A DNA stretch of 63,329 nt, the filler included, from Nemertoderma westbladi (lineage: Eukaryota; Animalia; Xenacoelomorpha), in assembly GCA_032718475.1 (NCBI GenBank). It is 4 parts of 4 records of this genome, joined end to end, with 100 filler letters (N's around TTAATTAATTAA, not from the genome) between each part and the next. Parts side by side here need not be neighbours in the genome. Positions count along the whole stretch, not along the records: positions 1 to 17,688 come from JAUCBJ010005736.1; 3 more parts are not named here. One strand, written 5' to 3'. Made by a program: the position numbers and the translations under genes. The notes beneath the pieces were generated by a model. It ran no database searches. It saw nothing but the letters and a program-made list of their open reading frames with translations, and had not been told where the DNA came from. This document shows positions 1 to 11,672 of the stretch, piece after piece. Position 1 is the first letter of the stretch. The number at the start of each line of letters is the position of its first letter.

Positions 1-209
1 TTGTGGAGTGAATAAGCATGGTGGACAGCCCATGACTTTCTTGAGACGCATCTTAAAGGACACTGGCCTTAAAGATGCGGATGATCTAGCAAATTTCATG
101 GGTGATAGGGAGTTGTGGCGGTGCAATTTTGTTGACAAGCAGCCGGCACAGCATTCTTAAAAATGCAGCTGCAATGCAGCATGCCGATCCTAGTAGTAGT
201 AGTAGTAGT
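1..209 (+). mobile_element. 3' end of an RTE-like LINE (family B) with (TAG)n tail
   Basis: Near-identical to 20505-20694, which follows RTE RT-coding sequence; ends gatcc(tag)n. Confidence 0.85.
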
Positions 210-1097
210 ATTTATAGTACTAATAATATTAGTATAGTACTACACTTAATAACCTGCTTATACTAATAGTATTGAGTATTTATAGTACTAATAATATTAG
301 TATAGTACTACACTTAATAACCTGCTTATAGTACTAATAGTATTTAGTATAGTACTACATTTAATTACCTGCTTATAGTACTAATAGTATTTAGTATAGT
401 ACTACATTTAATTACCTGCTTATAGTACTAATAGTATATACATTAGTATAGTACTACACTAAATAATCTGCTTATACTAATAGTATTTAGTATTTATAGT
501 ACTAATAATATTAGTATAGTACTACATTTAATTACCTGCTTATAGTACTAATAGTATATACAGTAGTATAGTACTACACTTAATAACCTGCTTATAGTAC
601 TAATAGTATATACATTAGTATAGTACTACACTAAATAATCTGCTTATACTAATAGTATTTAGTATTTATAGTACTAATAATATTAGTATAGTACTACACT
701 TAATAACATGCTTATACTGATAGAATTTAGTATTTATAGTACTAATAATATTAGTATAGTACTACATTTAATAACATGCTTATACTAATAGTATTGAGTA
801 TTTATTGTACTAATAATATTAGTATAGTACTACACTAAATAATCTGCTTATACTAATAGTATTTAGTATTTATAGTACTAATAATATTAGTATAGTACTA
901 CACTTAATAACCTGCTTATACTAATAGTATTGAGTATTTATAGTACTAATAATATTAGTATAGTACTACACTTAATAACCTGCTTATAGTACTAATAGTA
1001 TTTAGTATTTATAGTACTAATAATATTAGTATAGTACTACACTTAATAACCTGCTTATACTAATAGTATTTAGTATTTATAGTACTAATAATATTAG
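207..1097. repeat. AT-rich minisatellite with ~50-72 bp composite units
   Basis: Repeated tagtatagtactacacttaataacctgcttata(g)tactaatagtat units. Confidence 0.95.
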
Positions 1098-1303
1098 ACA
1101 GTTAGATAATGGATGGGCTTGTGTTCACGTCATTTTACGGGTGTAGGACATTAAAGTTTGTGAAAACTCATGTCTTAGAAGTTATTGCGTTTTTTATAGT
1201 TTGGACTTATCTGCTTCAAGATTGAAACTGTGTCAGTGCCATTGTGGACTTGTGATTAATTACGTATGCTAGGGGCTATAATCTATAATATTTTTTTATA
1301 TAG

Positions 1304-1413
1304 GAAGCAAAAATGCAGCGGACAATGGACGAGAAAATATACGGGATTGAAAGACGAATGCAAGACTCTCTTGGGAGATTGCAGGGCGCCATAGAGAGTC
1401 AAGATGCACATAG
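1304..1413 (+). CDS. Penultimate exon of a FAM81-like coiled-coil protein
   Basis: T-rich tract + TAG acceptor ending 1303; EAKMQRTMDEKIYGIERRMQDSLGRLQGAIESQDAH; donor AG|GTATGG at 1414 in phase 2, compatible with the exon at 2230. Confidence 0.7.
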
Positions 1414-2108
1414 GTATGGGATACTGTACTATAGGTATGGGATACTGTACTATAGGTATGGGATACTGTACTATAGGTATGGGATACTGTACTATAGGTA
1501 TGGGATACTGTACTATAGGTATGGGATACTGTACTATAGGTATGGGATACTGTACTATAGGTATGGGATACTGTACTATAGGTATGGGATACTGTACTAT
1601 AGGTATGGGATACTGTACTATAGGTGGGATACTGTACTATAGGTGGGATACTGTACTATAGGTGGGATACTGTACTATAGGTATGGGATACTGTACTATA
1701 GGTATGGGATACTGTACTATAGGTATGGGATACTGTACTATAGGTATGGGATACTGTACTATAGGTATGGGATACTGTACTATAGGTATGGGATACTGTA
1801 CTATAGGTATGGGATACTGTACTATAGGTATGGGATACTGTACTACTATAGGTATGGGATAACTGTACTATAGGTATGGGATACTGTACTATAGGTATGG
1901 GATACTGTACTATAGGTATGGGATACTGTACTATAGGTATGGGATACTGTACTATAGGTATGGGATACTGTACTATAGGTATGGGATACTGTACTATAGG
2001 TATGGGATACTGTACTATAGGTATGGGATACTGTACTATAAGTATGGGATACTGTACTATAGGTATGGGATACTGTACTATAGGTATGGGATAACTGTAC
2101 TATAGGTA
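1411..2108 (+). repeat. 21-bp minisatellite (taggtatgggatactgtacta)n, about 33 copies
   Basis: Direct tandem repeat starting at the exon/intron junction; a few 19-, 22- and 24-bp variant units. Confidence 0.97.
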
Positions 2109-2229
2109 TATCGTGCGAACATTAAATAAAACAAATTGTTCGTTATTTACAATTTATGAAATAATAAATTTATGTAAGTATTGTGCTAAGATTAAGTTTA
2201 GGCCTACTGTACTAATTTGCTCGTTTCAG

Positions 2230-2470
2230 GTCTCAAACATTAGCGAGGCAGCAAACCTTCGCGGAATCGACCACATTACGACAATCTGATCTGGAAAAGC
2301 GAATAAATAAACGTATAAATCAGGTGTCTCAAGATTCTACAACAGGACTGACTAGTTTAAAGCAATCCCTTCAGACCATGCACAATGTGTTGGAAGGTAG
2401 AAGAAGACTCACTGAGGAAAGTTTACAACAAGAGATTGAGAAAGTTCGCAAATTATTCGTACTTATTTAA
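2230..2470 (+). CDS. Terminal exon of a FAM81-like coiled-coil protein
   Basis: tttcag acceptor; open frame SQTLARQQ...LKQSLQTMHNVLEGRRRLTEESLQQEIEKVRKLFVLI*; AATAAA at 2481. The C-terminus resembles FAM81A/B as I recall it (not searched). Confidence 0.7.
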
Positions 2471-2672
2471 AAATTGTGCAAATAAACATTAACTAATACA
2501 GTACCGTATTATCCTATTTATGCATTGAATATGTAAATCACCAAGACATAAATGAGTGAAAAATAAAATAATTAATTTTAAAATGATTAAAATAAATTGT
2601 CTATCAGGTTTCTGCAACTTCTTTATTTCTTTATAAACAGGTAGTGGAGTTATTGGATGAGAGGCCCAGGGT

Positions 2673-2939
2673 TTATGGAAAGTGTTCCTTTTTATCAGGT
2701 GAATGTTTCACTGTATGTGGGTTGGGAGCTGGATGACTCGCACCATCCGAAGTATAGGTAGTAAACACTTCGGATGTTACCCTCGCGGATGTGCTTGTAG
2801 TACATTGATTCGCATTGTTACGATTTCTCAAAATACAACAATAGCGAATAATCCAGATTATAACAGCAGCAGAGCAGAATATTATCGCAAGGAGAGCTAA
2901 AATTCCGGCTGTGTAGGGAAGTCCAAGGAAGGTAGACAT
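2673..2939 (-). CDS. 88-aa single-pass membrane microprotein of unknown function
   Basis: ATG-initiated; hydrophobic GILALLAIIFCSAAVIIWII followed by RYCC and basic residues; AATAAA on the minus strand near 2625. Confidence 0.5.
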   Translation of the reverse strand: MSTFLGLPYTAGILALLAIIFCSAAVIIWIIRYCCILRNRNNANQCTTSTSARVTSEVFTTYTSDGASHPAPNPHTVKHSPDKKEHFP

Positions 2940-2988
2940 AATAATTGCGTTATGTGTAATTAATTAATAAACAAAGCAAGTCCGTTAA

Positions 2989-4449
2989 CCCTTAAACTGG
3001 TGAGGGATTTTCTAAAACGCCAAAACTCCACTTGGTGAAAACTCAAATATGAGTTTTGCGATTGTTAGTTCTACTTGGTAGGAATTTTTGATGAAATCTA
3101 TTCTGACCTGGTGAAAACTCACATATGAGTTTCGGCTATACTATTGTTTATCAGCTGTCAGGAAGGAAGCATTGACGTATATGTCGACGACAATAGGCCC
3201 ATTGTATTGGGGGTAGGTGTAAAACGCGGATCCGGATCCGGATTCAAAAATTATCAATTAAGGGAAAGGAGCAGGTTACAGTGGCACGTAATTTTAACCA
3301 AAACAATAAACTAAAGTCAATGGAACAGGTTATAGTTTTATTTTTTGGAGTTATAAAAATGTAAAAAAAAACCGACTTCCGTAGGGACAATGTTAAATGT
3401 AGAATCCGGATCCGGATCAGCGTTTTACTCTGACCCTTGTATTGGGCAGTTGATAAGCTTTACAACAGTAGTTGAATCGGCGACAGACGATCACTACATG
3501 CTAAACTACGCGGTAGTAAAGTGTGTGAAAATTATCTAATTTCAACTAATGGCCGTTTCATTATTATAAGTCATAGAGACTAACTATAAGCACCAGGTTG
3601 AAGGTGAGTTTCTCCTCTTTCAGGTGATATATATAACTTCCTCTGAAGTTGAAAATTACGCTGTCTATCGCTAATTTAATGTTTTGAACTAATTCGCCGT
3701 TATTTTTATTTATTAATTTTTATATTTATTTAGTATTTTATTTATTTTTATCTATTAAGTGCCGTGTGTGTATTATACATCTTTACATCATATTATACAT
3801 CTGTGCACTATACTATGTTTCGAAATCTACCACACGAGAAGGAACTTCTGGGCAGAATCAGAATTAGATGTTCAAATGAGTGACAATGAATAACTAATCG
3901 GATGAAAATTACATGTTTACTTATTTGTTTACTGGTATGGCAATGTACGGCATAGTCCTATGTGCGGATATGTTAATATTAATTATAATATACTTGTATA
4001 AACTAGATAAACAACTTTATTATACTTATTGTATGTGCCACTTCGAGAAAGTTAGGAATAATTTAGTTAGGAATGTATTCCAAACTGATATAATTCCGCA
4101 TTCAATTCATAACTTTACATATAACAATTTTTAAACTTTATCAAGTATATAAGAAAAACTCTCACCAAGGAGGAATAGCAGAAAAATATAACCTCTACCA
4201 AGTCAGGACGATTGCTCATAAACTCATATTTGAGTTTTCACCAAGTCAAACACTTCTTCTTAAAAAAGACCCACCAAGTGGTGCAAAGCACCACAGGTGC
4301 GAGGTGCGAGGCACAAAGTGGTGCCTCGCAAGTCTTGCGAGAACTCACATTTGAGTTTTCACTAAGTCAGACACATGAATTAAAAAAATCCCCACCAAGT
4401 GGAATTGGAACTGCCAAAACTCATATATGAGTTTTCACCAGTTTAAGGG
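2989..4449. mobile_element. Non-autonomous piggyBac-like element
   Basis: TIRs cccttaaactggtga / tcaccagtttaaggg flanked by TTAA (2985-2988, 4450-4453); subterminal aaaactcaNatNtgagtttt palindromes. Confidence 0.9.
3211..3436. mobile_element. Mutator-type MITE nested in the piggyBac-like element
   Basis: ~35-bp imperfect TIRs (ggg...gtaaaacgcggatccggatccggattc); 9-bp TSD ttgtattgg on both sides. Confidence 0.85.
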
Positions 4450-6035
4450 TTAATGAAGGTCTTACAGATTATATAGACTGCGTGAAGTGATAAATGTCTC
4501 ACAATCCACTAATATACAAAAACTATATCTAAATTAAATAAATATGTGATGGCCCTCGTATTAATAGCTCCCGCATAAAATGTTTTTTTAACCATCATGG
4601 TACATGTCAAATAATTAGTAAAACGTTTGCGCCAATAACTACTAACTAATATTAATTAGCTTTTTTTCTCATTTCCTACAACTAATGCAGAGTGTTGGTT
4701 ACAATAAATACGTCATGTGCACGCATATATTTATACTAATGGGACTTTGAGTCCATTATATTACCGGCTGTTAGGATTCCGTTAAAGTGAAGTTAACTTC
4801 ATATTGAAGCTCTTGATTGAGAAAATTTGTCACGTGCAAATTATTTAATTTATTATAGTTCGGGATCGGGATAACTGTATCCTTCGAATACATTGACTGA
4901 CTGTATATCCGTGATTGAAGAATTATAATTACTATTATTATTAGTTATTGAAGGTATTGGAGACAATATATCATTTGACATTTTTTTTTCATGAGCATGA
5001 CCTACCGATAAATATCTACAGTCAGTAGGTCAGATATTTTTACTCAATTATAATTGTAAATAACTAAATTATAAGCAAAGCAATATGCAGTAGGAGTAGG
5101 ACATATTGACTGCATTGGGTTGTATAAATAAAAAGTTAAACATAATTAACTAGAATTTATTACATTTATAAATCAACTTCTAAAGACAAACACAGCTACA
5201 TGGGGTGGAGTGATAGTCAACCAGACGGGATTGATTTGTGACTAAAAATATTGGTGACGGTGGTGTAATTCAATGCCGGATACTGGTATGCCGGATGCCG
5301 GACTTTCAATTGTAGAATATAATTATTTACAACATGGCGTGTGATAAGAAAAAATGAATTCAATTAATATCCGAATTCGTCGCTTTAATAACATCGCATC
5401 GCTACACTCACGCCATATCGAATTAGAATCATGTAAATTGATTTTCCATTCTAGAATCATAAAGTAATACTTTCCGAACTAGAATCTTATAAAGTGAAAC
5501 TTTTCACATTATGAAGTCGGTTTAAAATTATCAAATTAAATATATAAAATGGTAAAAGGAACTAAATAAATATTGTGGAATTAAATAACTCCGGTACCAT
5601 AATTAAAATTTTAACCATGAGCGAACCTAATTAATAAAGTCACAAGCAAACCTAATTAAATTGTAACCAAAAGCATAAAAAATAAAAGCAATGTCATGAT
5701 TTAACTTTCGCTCAGAGTATCAGAATAAAGTTGATATCCGTTGGCAATTAATATCGGTCCGCGGTAGGAAACTTCTTCTGGAATCCTCGTGGGTTCTGGC
5801 GTGGTGCCTTCCAACATCGCGCCCAAATGGTCCCTCACGACGGATAGTTGAGGGCGACAAGCAGGGTCGCCATGGAAACAACCCAAGGCAACCAATAGGA
5901 AGGAGTCACACGGCACCGGGTCCCATGCGGGGATCTTAGGATCGCGGTGAGCGCAGGTGAGACATGCGATAATCTCGATGGGAGGGAGTTGAGTTTAACG
6001 TATCGATTGTACAGTAATCTATTAGCACGCGGTCT

Positions 6036-6400
6036 GTAAGCGGATTCAGTTCCGCTGCATTACCCTCATAAATGGGAAGTGGCACCTTTTTCGGCAATAT
6101 GTTGGAGGTACGAGATTGGCAATAACCAATCTCGTATCACAATCCAACACCGGGGACAACACAACCCCAAAGCCACACAAAGGGAGGTCAGAGGTCAAAA
6201 TCACCTCGGGAGGGAAAATAACCAGCAGGGGCCAACAGAGGGGGGGGGGGGGGGGGGGGGGGCACTCCCAACGAGGGGAGAGGCGTGAAGTAGATTATCA
6301 GCCAATAGGGGCGGGGGAGAGCATCCACTGGATGAAAGGCCACAGTAGCGTAGGAGTGATTACATATATTGTCAATGCATATTACCATACCGGTTCAGTT
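6036..6400 (+). mobile_element. Solo LTR related to the LTRs at 38.2 and 41.6 kb
   Basis: Starts tgtaagcggattcagttcc and aligns by eye with the reverse complement of 38161-38570. Confidence 0.65.
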
Positions 6401-6408
6401 TACTCAGT

Positions 6409-6505
6409 CAGTGGCGCAGCCATAGGGGGGGACGGGGGGGACACGTCCCTCCCACTTTTCAGTTAGGGGGGGACACCATATCATATGTCCCCGGCGCTTT
6501 TTACA
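6409..6505. mobile_element. Single DNA-transposon terminus (hAT-like)
   Basis: cagtggcgcagccataggggggacgggggggacacgtcccc; no partner end found. Confidence 0.4.
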
Positions 6506-7154
6506 CTTTGTATACAATATAAAATTCAAATAATCGTAATAAACTCTGATCGGGTATTACAGTATAACTATTAACTCCTACGTACATTTCTATCCTTCCC
6601 AACCCTGTCCCATATTTCCAAACACCATGAACTGTTTTTGCCCTGACAATATAAGTCTGATAATATAAGGTGTATTTTCATATCCCCACAATTTCGCTTA
6701 TATTGTTTTCGTTAGAATAACTAAAACAAATTTATTGATAATTAAATATTTTGTTAATTCGCCGCGTCGAGGTATCAACCCGCCTCGCTTTCAATCCTTA
6801 CCTACAAGCGCTTTAAATAGGTATCCCAGTCGACCTTCAATAACGAATGTAAGATGACGTTGTTGAAGGGAAACTAAATAATGTAATAAATTCAGAATTT
6901 TTCAAAAGGAATATCTGAGATATTGCAGTTATGGGCGTTGAAAGTTACATATTTTGCGTGAGCTGTGATGGAATCCATTTATTCTACATTCTAATATGTA
7001 CCTAATCAGTAGCTGGGCAACAATACAATACCTACTGTATATAATAATACTAGTACGCAGCAGATAAACAAATGTTCCAGAATATTGTGTATATATATAA
7101 TCTTATTACATATTTGGAATCCATCATCGCGATCTTTCGTTCTCCACTAACCAA

Positions 7155-7505
7155 TCACTTTAAGGTTGAATAATAATTGAGATGCAATTGGTTCAAACGC
7201 CCATGTGAATAATACCAGTTTTTCACTTTGCGGTCGGGATCCCTTGATCCCGTCACACGGTCCGTTAGCAGGAATTCACTGGCACTATCCCACATTCTCT
7301 TCCCGGTAAACATTACAAGTAGCACCGCTCCGAACGCATAAACATCCTTAAGTTTTTCGTCGCAAATATGTCTCGAGTGCCGATTCTGTTTCCGACATTC
7401 CGGTGGCAAGTAATGCTCCGCCCCGGAACAACCTCAACTCCCCTCCCAACCCGAATTCTCCTAATTTAGCGACGTAGTAACCTCTACCGATCACGACAAT
7501 CCTTC
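7155..7505 (-). pseudogene. Frameshifted protein kinase C-lobe fragment
   Basis: VAKLGEFGLG (subdomain VII-like) in one frame; YLPPEC (VIII) and DVYAFGAVLLVMFTGK (IX) in another. Confidence 0.6.
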
Positions 7506-8237
7506 CCGTTTTTAAATAACATAATGTTTTGGGTGCATGTCACCTCGCCGCACTGCCACTTCGCCGCAGGTCACCTCGCCGCAGATAATGTGCGGCGAGG
7601 TATCTCACTGTGAATGCCATTTCGCTGCAAATTATCGGACACCTCGCCACAAGTCAATATTAATCATTTATTTCTATATTTACAGGGATGCCTACTTATG
7701 GCATTGGACATTATTATTATAACTGTAGAAGAAATAAAATAATACCGTCAGACGGTAAGGTTTGTTGTTCTATTATAATTACTGTATTATTATAGATACA
7801 GTAAGAGTATTAGAGTAACGTATTAAAAATGCTTCAAGAATAGTGAAAAAAAGTTATACTTTTTTCCCATGTAATAAATAATTATTTGTTGGAATTTCTT
7901 AAATTTGTCCTGGCGATTTGGTAGTGCGATATTAATTCCACACAAATAAATAAAATAGGTAATGTAAGAAATTAAAAAAAATTATAATATTTAATGCACT
8001 ATTATTATTAATGTTATGGAAAGTAATTTGAAATGTAATTCGACCATAATTTTGCTCTTAACAAAAAAAGTGACTGACAACAAATATAAGTATATCAATC
8101 AACTAAGAACATTACATTTGTAATTAAGAACTGTGATCGGTAAACATAAACATACAGTATTAACCTTATTAAATTATGTTGCCTTACTTCCGTTTCCGTA
8201 CTTAGTTACTGCATTACAAAAACTACATGAACGCATT

Positions 8238-8320
8238 GTGGGGCGAGCCACGAAGTTGGCGGAGCCTTAGCGAATTGACACTGTTAGGGGGTGGGTCAAT
8301 TTATGCAAATAGTTGTCGTT

Positions 8321-8365
<45 letters not shown>

Positions 8366-9512
8366 GTCGTTGTCGTCGTCGTTACGATTTTGACATGCTA
8401 ATAACTTTGTCGGATTTAAAGCTGCCAAGTTGAAAATTTGTAGGTATCAATATGAGCAAAAGTTGAGATTTTTGAGAGACTTTCAGACACCATCAGTGCA
8501 ATGGTCTCCCGCTAGAGGGCCACATGTCTAAACATTAAATGGCCACCCATTTCTTTGCTTTTAATCCGTTTAAGCTGAAACTTGGGAAGTATGTACTAGA
8601 CCATTAGCTGTAAATTTCAAGTGAGGCTAATCTGTCTGCAGTTCTCCAGTCTGCCGCTAGAGGGCGAAATGTCCCGAATGTGAAATTATTCTTCCATTTA
8701 GTTGTTTATGATCTGATTACGCTGAAACTTGTCATATATGTACTAGATGACATCCTGAGTCTTTGTGTGGATTGTAATCGGTCCGAAGTTTTCCAGTCTG
8801 CCGGTAGAGGGCCACATGTCTAAACATTAAATGGCCACCCATTTCTTTGCTTTTAATCCGTTTAAGCTGAAACTTGGGAAGTATGTACTAGACCATTAGC
8901 TGTAAATTTCAAAGGAGGCTAATCTGTCTGCAGTTCTCCAGTCTGCCGCTAGAGGGCGAAATGTCCCGAATGTGAAATTATTCTTCCATTTAGTTGTTTA
9001 TGATCTGATTACGCTGAAACTTGTCATATATGTACTAGAAGACATCCTAAGTCTTTGTGTGGACAGTAATCGGTCCGGAGTTTTCGAGTCTGCCGCTAGA
9101 GGGCGAAATGTAGGAAAGTGATAACCTTCGCGAATTCCTTGATCTTAATCTATTTAAGCTGAATTTTGGAATATACAGTACCGGTATGTACTAGACCACA
9201 TGCCTCGTCTTTGTGAGGAAGGTGATCGATCCGTAGTTCTTTAATATGCCGCTAGAGGGCTAAATGTATGAAAGTGAAAACCTTCCAACATTTCGTTATT
9301 TATGATCCGTCAATCGGAAACTTGGTAGATATGTAATAGACCATAGGCTGTGGCTTTGTAGGGAAACTAATCCTTCCTTCTTCAGTTACCCAGTCTCCCG
9401 CTAGAGGGTTAACGTTTTCCGGGAAAATCTTCTCCTATGTTTTTATAATCCTTTCGAGTTGATACTTAGCATTAACTCATTTCACGTGCTGCGCGAAGGC
9501 CCCACTTCGTGT
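8238..9512 (+). mobile_element. Helentron/HINE-like non-autonomous element with an internal ~146-bp tandem array
   Basis: 5' gtggggcgagccacgaag, then a (GTC)n microsatellite, a tandem array and 3' cgtgctgcgcgaaggccccac; the same termini recur near 32.3, 45.1, 54.0 and 58.5-62.0 kb. Confidence 0.75.
8495..9410 (+). promoter_or_regulatory. Array of seven CTCF-like motifs
   Basis: CCG(C/G)TAGAGGG(C/T) at 8509, 8654, 8801, 8946, 9093, 9249 and 9398; two copies have an upstream CTGCAGTTCTCC module. Confidence 0.5.
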
Positions 9513-9962
9513 ACATGTACGTAAATAGTTATTGTTACATTACAATGTCAACTTAACAGCGTTCTGGTGAATTACTCGTAACACTGCAAAGTACTACTTA
9601 TTGGAGCGTTGCGGCCTATAGGACGGATCGCTGCAAAGTAATCAATGACATGGAAACAACTTAAATGACCGTATTCTGATCTGACATCTATGTCAGAATA
9701 CTCTGTGTCATTCATAGTCCTCTGTGAATCTCAATGCCATAAAAGTATAGGCTTTCCTGTAAATATAGAAATAAATTATTAATATTGACTTGCGGCGAGG
9801 TGTTCGATAATTTGCGGCGAAATGGCATTCACAGTGAGACACCTCGCCGCAAGATACATCGCCGCAAGACACATCGCCGCACATTATCTGGCAGATAATG
9901 TGCGGCGAGATGACTTGCGGCGAAGTGGCAGTGCGGCGAGGTGACCAGCACCCTAATGTTTT

Positions 9963-10460
9963 GTGGCAAGGGTAGTGTTGATCGGGTGCTATTTTGTTTT
10001 GTGGATGACATCCATTCACTGTTGAGGCATTTGTCATACTTGTTTGCCGATGATTTAAAAGATTCTGCTATAGTCAATCCTTCTAACTCACAGAGGGACA
10101 TATTCAAGCAGATCGTGATATACTGGATTGGTGGAGCAAAACATGGCAACTATTATTTAATCATACAATATGCAAGGTAATGCACATTGGACGCACTAAC
10201 CCCAGGTATACGCAACCCTCGGGTCACACTTACTGGAAATAACTGAGACAGAGAAAGACTTGGGCGTCCACTGGCCACTATGAATACTCCTTATGAATAC
10301 TTCTTATTCATATAGCAACCACGAAGAAGGCAAATGAGGTCCTGGGCCTTGTTTGCAGAAGTTTTAACCACCTAAATGAAACTATGTTCATCATCCTCTA
10401 TAAGTCGCTCGTTCGTCTGCGCATGGAATATGCTTCTCCAGTTTGGTCGCCAAGCAATCA
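9963..10460 (+). pseudogene. Degraded CR1-like RT fragment
   Basis: GSV...LF.FVDDI...LFADDLK; later EKDLGV- and LYKSLVR..MEYASPVWSP-like motifs with frameshifts. Confidence 0.8.
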
Positions 10461-10919
10461 GTGTAAGTGTCCATGTTTGCGACTTTTGGAATCTAATGAT
10501 TTTTGGAAATAAACCTTGCCAAAAGCATAAGTACCAGGGATAGTAATCAAGATGTAAATATAATATATTTGAATCCGTATTTAATTTTGTGTTTTAATGT
10601 TCTCAACTAAAATTTCAATATTGTATTTAAATTTGATTGATTTCGATTTAAAATTGAGTAGTGATGGATTGATCCGATAAATAAATCAGCTGAAATAGGA
10701 GCAAAATTCTCCACACATCCTGCAAACCTTACTGTAATCCAAATTGAATGTCTATGAACCAATCATAACGTATAGAGGCTAATTCGATACCGGGAAAAAA
10801 TGTTCTATTTATACTTTATACATATATATCTATATTTATAAAGAGACACTTAGAAAGGCGGAATTAGAAATATTTAAATATCTGCGAAGCCGATAGAGTA
10901 ACATTGCTGCACAAAATTA

Positions 10920-11672
10920 TTAAAAACGTAATTTAGTTCTAAATCCTATCAATCCTAATTTACGATTGGGATTATCGTCCAATTCATGGCGACGCCATCT
11001 GTATACCCTTGGAGGTTCTCTTAAGGCGATACCCAGTTCCTCGACGCCCTGCAAGAAGGAGTACGCCCGTCTGGTCTCCCACATGTCGGGATGCAGTTCG
11101 CAGAAGACCGAGAGTATACCGGCGGCCTGCATGCGGTCGGCTACGATGCGACCTACGTTGTAGCAAGCGTTCACGCTGTTCGGACCAAAGAGGAACTGTT
11201 CGATGGCCCACTCGGAGGTACTCGCGTGGACTATGGGTCTGGAACTCGCGTTGTGCTGCACCCACGCGGTAGTCTGACTGCCCACTTCGAGGTGCAGTCT
11301 GTGGTGCCAGTCTCTACGCGGCCACGATGTGCCCCACCCTCGAGGTCTGCGTGCGTACCGCAAGGCTTCCAGACACCGAGGGTTACGGTTTATAAACTCC
11401 GGGGTGGCGAGGTCACTCTCACCTAGTTGCTCCCCAACTACCCCGTCTACGGTCTCGTTAAATCGCTTTGGTGCCGCGATGTTGACGTCCAGTTGGGGTT
11501 TAAGAAGGGCGTTTTCAGCGGCGAATTGTTTCTGGTCGAGGTTTCGACGGAATTCGGTGGGACCTTCCCATGTGACTTGTTTTGGATTCTTTCTCATTAA
11601 CCGCCGGGAGCTCATTAATCCACCAGGTAGTTGGCGGGGGGTCAGTAATCGAGATATGATTTCCATAACCAA
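10920..11672 (-). CDS. MRPL18: Mitochondrial ribosomal protein uL18m
   Basis: PEFINRNPRCLE, RGW, ASTSEWAI and VGRIVADRMQAAGI match the MRPL18 pattern; single uninterrupted ORF. The start codon is uncertain (first ATG may be the MEIIS Met). Confidence 0.9.
   Translation of the reverse strand: MVMEIISRLLTPRQLPGGLMSSRRLMRKNPKQVTWEGPTEFRRNLDQKQFAAENALLKPQLDVNIAAPKRFNETVDGVVGEQLGESDLATPEFINRNPRCLEALRYARRPRGWGTSWPRRDWHHRLHLEVGSQTTAWVQHNASSRPIVHASTSEWAIEQFLFGPNSVNACYNVGRIVADRMQAAGILSVFCELHPDMWETRRAYSFLQGVEELGIALREPPRVYRWRRHELDDNPNRKLGLIGFRTKLRF

Larger units (their letters stand above)
7531..9953. mobile_element. Non-autonomous Mutator-like element with long TIRs
   Basis: TIRs of ~170-200 bp (gggtgc...cacctcgccgcactgccacttcgccgca); 9-bp TSD taatgtttt (7522-7530, 9954-9962). 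Confidence 0.9.

Noticed and set aside
8227-8433. Poly-Arg ORF
   Set aside because: Translation of the (GTC)n microsatellite in the HINE-like element.
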